From the NCBI GenBank assembly GCA_009694135.1, contig SHVS01000012.1, positions 2,401 to 66,400 of the forward strand: DNA of 64,000 nt, read 5' to 3'. Source of the stretch: Alphaproteobacteria bacterium (GTDB lineage Bacteria; Pseudomonadota; Alphaproteobacteria; UBA6615). Below, in pieces: positions 59,403 through 64,000 of this stretch. Position numbers and translations under genes: made by a program. Each line of letters starts with the position of its first letter. Position 1 is the first letter of the stretch. The notes beneath the pieces were generated by a model that was not told where the DNA came from, searched no databases, and saw nothing but the letters and a program-made list of their open reading frames with translations.

Positions 59403-61142
59403 TTAGCTCTCGTCCTCGTCGTCGCCCTTGCCCTGCTTGCCCTTCTCGCGCAGGGCAGCGCCCAGGATGTCGCCCAGCGAGGCGCCGCTGTCGGCCGAGC
59501 CGAACTCGGCCAGCGCCTTCTTGTCCTCTTCCATCTCGCGCGCCTTGATCGAGAGCGAGACCTTGCGCGTGGCCTTGTCGAGCTGCGTGATCTTGGCATC
59601 GACCTTTTCGCCGACCGTGAAGCGGTCGGGGCGCTGCGCGTCGCGATCGCGCGACAGATCGGCGCGGCGGATGAAGCCGGTCAACCCTTCATCGGGCAGA
59701 GACACTTCCAGCCCGCCGTCCGTGACCGCCGTGACCGTGCAGGTGACCACGGAGCCCTTCTTCAAGGCCTTGGCGCTGCCTTCGAACGGATCGGCGGCGA
59801 GCTGCTTGATGCCGAGCGAGATGCGCTCCTTGGCGACATCGACGTCGAGCACCTTGGCCTTTACCCGGCTGCCGCGCTTGAATTCCTTGATCGCTTCCTC
59901 GCCCGGCTTGTCCCACGACATGTCGGACAAATGGACCATGCCGTCGATTTCGCCAACGAGACCGAGGAACAGGCCGAATTCGGTCGCGTTCTTGACCTCG
60001 CCCTCGATCTCGGTGCCGGACGGGTGCTTCTGGGCAAAGATCTCCCACGGGTTGGGCAGGCACTGCTTGAGGCCGAGGCTCACGCGGCGCTTGGTCGGAT
60101 CGACGTCGAGCACTTGCACTTCCACCTCTTGGCTGGTGGAAACGATCTTGCCCGGATGAACGTTTTTCTTCGTCCACGACATCTCGGAGACGTGCACCAA
60201 GCCCTCGATCCCCGGCTCCAGCTCGACGAAGGCGCCGTAGTCGGTGATGTTGGTGACGCGACCCTTGAAGCGCGTGCCGACCGGATACTTCGCCGCGACG
60301 CCTTCCCACGGATCGGCCTGCAGCTGCTTCATCCCCAGCGAGATGCGCTGCGTTTCCGGATTGAAGCGGATGACCTGGACGCTGATCGATTGGCCGATCT
60401 GCAGCGCTTCCGACGGATGGTTGATCCGCCGCCAGGCGATATCGGTGACGTGCAACAGCCCGTCCACCCCGCCCAGATCGACGAAAGCGCCGTAATCGGT
60501 GATGTTCTTGACCACGCCGGACAGGACTTGGCCTTCCTTCAGCCCGGCGATCAGGGTCGAACGCTCGGCCGAGCGGGTCACTTCGAGCACGGCGCGGCGC
60601 GAGACGACGATATTGCCGCGCGCGCGGTCCATCTTGAGGATGAAGAATTCGAGCGGATTGCCCATCAGCGGCGACACGTCGCGCACGGGACGAATATCGA
60701 CCTGGCTGCCCGGCAGGAAGGCGACCGCGCCCAAAAGATCGACGGTGAAGCCGCCCTTGACGCGGCCGAAGATCACGCCGCTGACGCGCAGATTGTCCTT
60801 GAAGCTGCGTTCGAGCTTTTCCCAGGATTCCTCGCGCTTGGCGCGCTCGCGCGACAGAACCGCCTCGCCGTTACGATCCTCGAACCGCTCGACGAACACC
60901 TCGACTTCGTCGCCGACGGCCAGCTCGGACGACTCACCGGGAACGAGGAACTCCTTGAGCGAAACTCTTCCCTCCGACTTGAGGCCCACATCGATCAGCG
61001 CGGAATCGCCTTCGATCGAGACGATACGGCCCTTGACCACCATGCGCTCAAAATCTTTGCGGCGCGTGAAGCTCTCGTCGAGGAGAGCCGCGAAATCATT
61101 GTCGGATATCGCGGAAGTGGTTTCGCTCATTCTGGCTGTCAT
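59403..61142 (-). CDS. rpsA: 30S ribosomal protein S1
   Basis: Six S1 repeats (GLVHVSEMSW, GMVHLSDMSW, etc.) and an acidic C-terminus. Confidence 0.96.
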   Translation of the reverse strand: MTARMSETTSAISDNDFAALLDESFTRRKDFERMVVKGRIVSIEGDSALIDVGLKSEGRVSLKEFLVPGESSELAVGDEVEVFVERFEDRNGEAVLSRERAKREESWEKLERSFKDNLRVSGVIFGRVKGGFTVDLLGAVAFLPGSQVDIRPVRDVSPLMGNPLEFFILKMDRARGNIVVSRRAVLEVTRSAERSTLIAGLKEGQVLSGVVKNITDYGAFVDLGGVDGLLHVTDIAWRRINHPSEALQIGQSISVQVIRFNPETQRISLGMKQLQADPWEGVAAKYPVGTRFKGRVTNITDYGAFVELEPGIEGLVHVSEMSWTKKNVHPGKIVSTSQEVEVQVLDVDPTKRRVSLGLKQCLPNPWEIFAQKHPSGTEIEGEVKNATEFGLFLGLVGEIDGMVHLSDMSWDKPGEEAIKEFKRGSRVKAKVLDVDVAKERISLGIKQLAADPFEGSAKALKKGSVVTCTVTAVTDGGLEVSLPDEGLTGFIRRADLSRDRDAQRPDRFTVGEKVDAKITQLDKATRKVSLSIKAREMEEDKKALAEFGSADSGASLGDILGAALREKGKQGKGDDEDES

Positions 61143-61394
61143 CGGCTCTCGGTCCTTCGCATTGCGCCTGTCGCCGGCGTGGTCGCATGGCCCCTGGCGC
61201 GCGTGCCGCTGGCGGTGCGCGTGCGCTAGGCTCTTTCCCCCAGGACCAGAGGCCTAAAGGCCTGGGAGTCGCCCGCCTTGGGGCGCAACGAGCGAAAGAC
61301 GCGCCAAGCGCGCCGATCAGCCCAAAACACAAACGCAAGTGGGCGGGCCCTGCCCCGCTGCTCCGCGCGCGCCGCCAGTTCGGCAACACCGCTG

Positions 61395-62069
61395 TCAGGC
61401 AACTGGGCTCCCGCGCGGTCCGGCCGGATACAATCCGCGTGCGCGCAGCACGACAAGCGCCGCCTCGAAAACTGCCGCGGCGTCGAGACGGGTGGTATCG
61501 ATCACCACCGCGTCCGACGCGGGTTCGAGCGGCGCCACCGCGCGCGTCCGATCACGCCGATCACGGGCAATGATCTCGACCAGAACGTCGGCGTATATAC
61601 TCGCCTCGCCCCGCCCCCGCAACTCGTCATGCCGGCGGCGGGCGCGCTCTTCCGCCGTGGCGGTGAGGAACAGCTTCACCTTGGCCTCTGGGCAGATGAC
61701 GGTGCCGGTATCCCGCCCGTCGAGAACAGCCCCTCTGGGCCCGGCGGCAAAGCGGCGCTGGAAGGCCAGCAAGGCGGCCCGCACACGCGGCATCGCCGCC
61801 ACCACCGAAGCCGCGCGCGCCGCGGCTTCGCTCGCTAACGCCGGATCGCCGAGCGCAGCCGGATCGAGCGCCAAAGCCGCCGCCTCGGCCGCCGCCGGGT
61901 CGGACGGATCCTGGCCGGCGGCAAGCAGCGCCACGCCGACCCCACGGTATATCCGCCCGGTGTCGAGATGCGGCAAGCCGAGCTCGGCCGCGAGCGTGCG
62001 CGCCAAAGTGCCCTTGCCCGAGGCCGCCGGTCCGTCGACGGTAATGACCAGCGGCGGCTTAGGCGGCAT
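61395..62069 (-). CDS. cmk: (d)CMP kinase
   Basis: P-loop [30 protein letters not shown] and RRH. Confidence 0.9.
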   Translation of the reverse strand: MPPKPPLVITVDGPAASGKGTLARTLAAELGLPHLDTGRIYRGVGVALLAAGQDPSDPAAAEAAALALDPAALGDPALASEAAARAASVVAAMPRVRAALLAFQRRFAAGPRGAVLDGRDTGTVICPEAKVKLFLTATAEERARRRHDELRGRGEASIYADVLVEIIARDRRDRTRAVAPLEPASDAVVIDTTRLDAAAVFEAALVVLRARGLYPAGPRGSPVA

Positions 62070-63420
62070 CGATCGTCGCGCCCAGGCCGCGCATCAGCGC
62101 GACAAAGCCGGGGAAGCTGGTATCGATGAACCGCCCGTCATCGACCACGACCGGACGCTCGGCGGCCAAGCCGAGCACGAGAAAGCTCATGGCGATGCGG
62201 TGGTCGAGGTCGGTGACGATATTCGCGCCACCCTTGGGCGGCCGGCCGAGGCCGTGGATCACCAGCTCCTCGGCGCTTTCCTCGACCTTGACGCCGCAGG
62301 CGGTCAGGCCGCGCGCGATCGCGGTCAGACGATCGCTTTCCTTGACGCGCAGCTCGGCCAGCCCGCGCAGCACCGTCACCCCCGTGGCGCAGGCGGCGGC
62401 CATGGCGAGGATCGGGTACTCGTCGATCATCGAGGGCGCGCGCGCGGCCGGGACTTCGACACCGTGCAGCTTGCCCGCAGTGACGGTCAGGTTGGACACC
62501 GGTTCGCCGGCAATATCCCGCGCCTTCGACCAGCTCAAGGAGGCGCCCATTTCCGCGAGAGTCGTATAGAGCCCGATGCGGCCGGGGTTCACGCAAATGC
62601 CGGTGAGCGTCACGGCAGAGCCGGGAATGATCGCCGCCGCGACCGCCGGAAACGCCGCCGAAGACGGATCGGCCGGCACGGTGATCGGCTTGGCGATCAA
62701 ATCGCGCTCGCCGACCAGCGTTACGCGCGCCCCGCCGCCGGGCAGAGGCGTCGAGCGCACCTCGGCGCCGAGATAACGCAGCATGCGCTCGCTGTGGTCG
62801 CGGGTCGCCGCGCGCTCGACCACCGTGGTTTCGCCCGGCGTATTGAGCGCCGCGAGCAGGATCGCGGACTTGACCTGGGCCGAGGGCGCCGGCGGCGCGT
62901 ATTCGATCGGCAGCGGATCGCGCGCCCCGATCAGCGCCAGCGGCAGCCTCCCGCCCGCGCGCGAGGTGAAGCGCGCGCCCATGCGTGTCAACGGCTCGAT
63001 CACGCGCATCATCGGACGGCGGCGGAGCGAGGCATCGCCGGTCACGAAGGCCGTGAACGGCTGGCTCGCCATCAGCCCGCACAGCAGCCGCGCCCCGGTG
63101 CCGGAATTGCCGCAGTCGATAATATCGAAGGGCTCGGCCTGACCGCCGACCCCCTGGCCGCGCACGCGCCAGGCGCCATCGTTCAGGCGCTCGACCGAGG
63201 CACCAAGGGCGCGCACGGCGGCGACCGTGGCCAGAACGTCGGCGCCTTCGAGCAGCCCTTCGATGCGCGTTTCGCCCAGCGCCGCCGCCGAAAGCAGCAA
63301 GGCGCGGTGCGAGATCGACTTGTCGCCGGGAACCCGCGCCGTGCCCTTAAGCGCCCCGCCCGCGCGTGCGCTGAGCGGCTGGAGCGCGCCCTGATCGACT
63401 CTCGCCGTTTCCTTGCCCAT
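62059..63420 (-). CDS. aroA: 3-phosphoshikimate 1-carboxyvinyltransferase
   Basis: Start taken at ATG 63420. [39 protein letters not shown] and DHRIAMSF. Confidence 0.92.
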   Translation of the reverse strand: MGKETARVDQGALQPLSARAGGALKGTARVPGDKSISHRALLLSAAALGETRIEGLLEGADVLATVAAVRALGASVERLNDGAWRVRGQGVGGQAEPFDIIDCGNSGTGARLLCGLMASQPFTAFVTGDASLRRRPMMRVIEPLTRMGARFTSRAGGRLPLALIGARDPLPIEYAPPAPSAQVKSAILLAALNTPGETTVVERAATRDHSERMLRYLGAEVRSTPLPGGGARVTLVGERDLIAKPITVPADPSSAAFPAVAAAIIPGSAVTLTGICVNPGRIGLYTTLAEMGASLSWSKARDIAGEPVSNLTVTAGKLHGVEVPAARAPSMIDEYPILAMAAACATGVTVLRGLAELRVKESDRLTAIARGLTACGVKVEESAEELVIHGLGRPPKGGANIVTDLDHRIAMSFLVLGLAAERPVVVDDGRFIDTSFPGFVALMRGLGATIDAA

Positions 63421-63528
63421 CTGCCGTCCACCAACCCCTTGCGCCACCACTCGGGTAGCACGCGGGTTTTGACAGCGCCGGCAACTAGTGGCAAATGCGC
63501 GAACCGTCACCCGACATGGAGGCTACCG

Positions 63529-63882
63529 TTGGTCAAGCCGGAATGGGGTCAGAAGCGCGTCTGCGCGACCTGCGCGGCGCATTTCTATGACCTGCGTCGT
63601 TCTCCGATCCTCTGCCCGAAGTGCAAGGCCGAGTTCGATCCTGAAGCGATCCTGAAGTCGCGCCGCTCGCGCTCGAGCGCCGCCAAAGCCCCGCCGGTCG
63701 AGGTGCGCAAGCCGCGCGAGGAGCCGGAGGTTCCGGCCCTGGTCGAAGAGGCCGAGGAGGAGGTCGAGCCAGTCGAGGAGAAAGAAGCCGCCGAGGTTTT
63801 GGAGGATACCTCCGACCTGGCCGGCGACGAAGATCAGGTGGCCGAGGTGCGCGAGCAGATCGACGACCCGCAACGGGAATAG
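63529..63882 (+). CDS. TIGR02300 (FYDLN_acid) family zinc-ribbon protein
   Basis: GGAGG lies 6 nt before TTG 63529. KPEWGQKRVCATCAAHFYDLRRSPILCPKCKAEF, followed by an acidic tail. Confidence 0.75.
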   Translation: MVKPEWGQKRVCATCAAHFYDLRRSPILCPKCKAEFDPEAILKSRRSRSSAAKAPPVEVRKPREEPEVPALVEEAEEEVEPVEEKEAAEVLEDTSDLAGDEDQVAEVREQIDDPQRE

Positions 63883-64000
63883 GCGAGTCCGCAACGCGCG
63901 TAATTTTCAGCCAAGAGGGGCGGCGGGCGAAGACGGGCGGCAGATAGGTCTTGTTTTGGACCGCGCGCTCGCTCAGTTTCGCGCCAGCGCGTTTTTTGCC

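Overview
GC-rich chromosomal window (about 72% G+C on a hand-counted 60-nt line). Its synteny looks alphaproteobacterial, Hyphomicrobiales-like: hemC-hemD-mic60-like-hemY, kdsD-lptC-lptA-lptB-rpoN and aroA-cmk-rpsA-sppA-ihfB. Most of the window is housekeeping: heme synthesis, tsaD, gpsA, acs, a malQ-glgX-glgB glycogen block, class I aldolase, thrS-infC, LPS transport plus rpoN, uppP, ptsN, hsp20, gloB, rpsA and aroA. Five things stand out. (1) A 1.7-kb AT-rich cassette (17981-19690) sits inside a GC-rich membrane aminopropyltransferase-like gene. It carries its own expression signals and encodes an FG-GAP/VCBS lipoprotein plus an unrecognisable 108-aa protein. This is the best candidate for something new. 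(2) A ~1.4-kb lower-GC islet (22170-23545) encodes a 366-aa protein with a C-terminal HEPN-like Rx4H motif, next to a secreted thermonuclease. (3) The left end (1-7950) holds a mobile-element remnant, a PQQ dehydrogenase / secreted pentapeptide-repeat protein / cytochrome c trio, and four 21-bp tandem repeats abutting the 3' end of tRNA-Thr(CGU). (4) There are several internal deletion or fusion scars: a type I secretion locus reduced to fragments, an in-frame DegP-response regulator chimera, and a sensor kinase with a frameshifting deletion and a His-to-Tyr change at the phospho-acceptor. (5) infC uses a non-canonical ATC start. No CRISPR array, rRNA, IS element or integrase was seen. Protein family calls come from motif recognition by eye and memory, not from searches.
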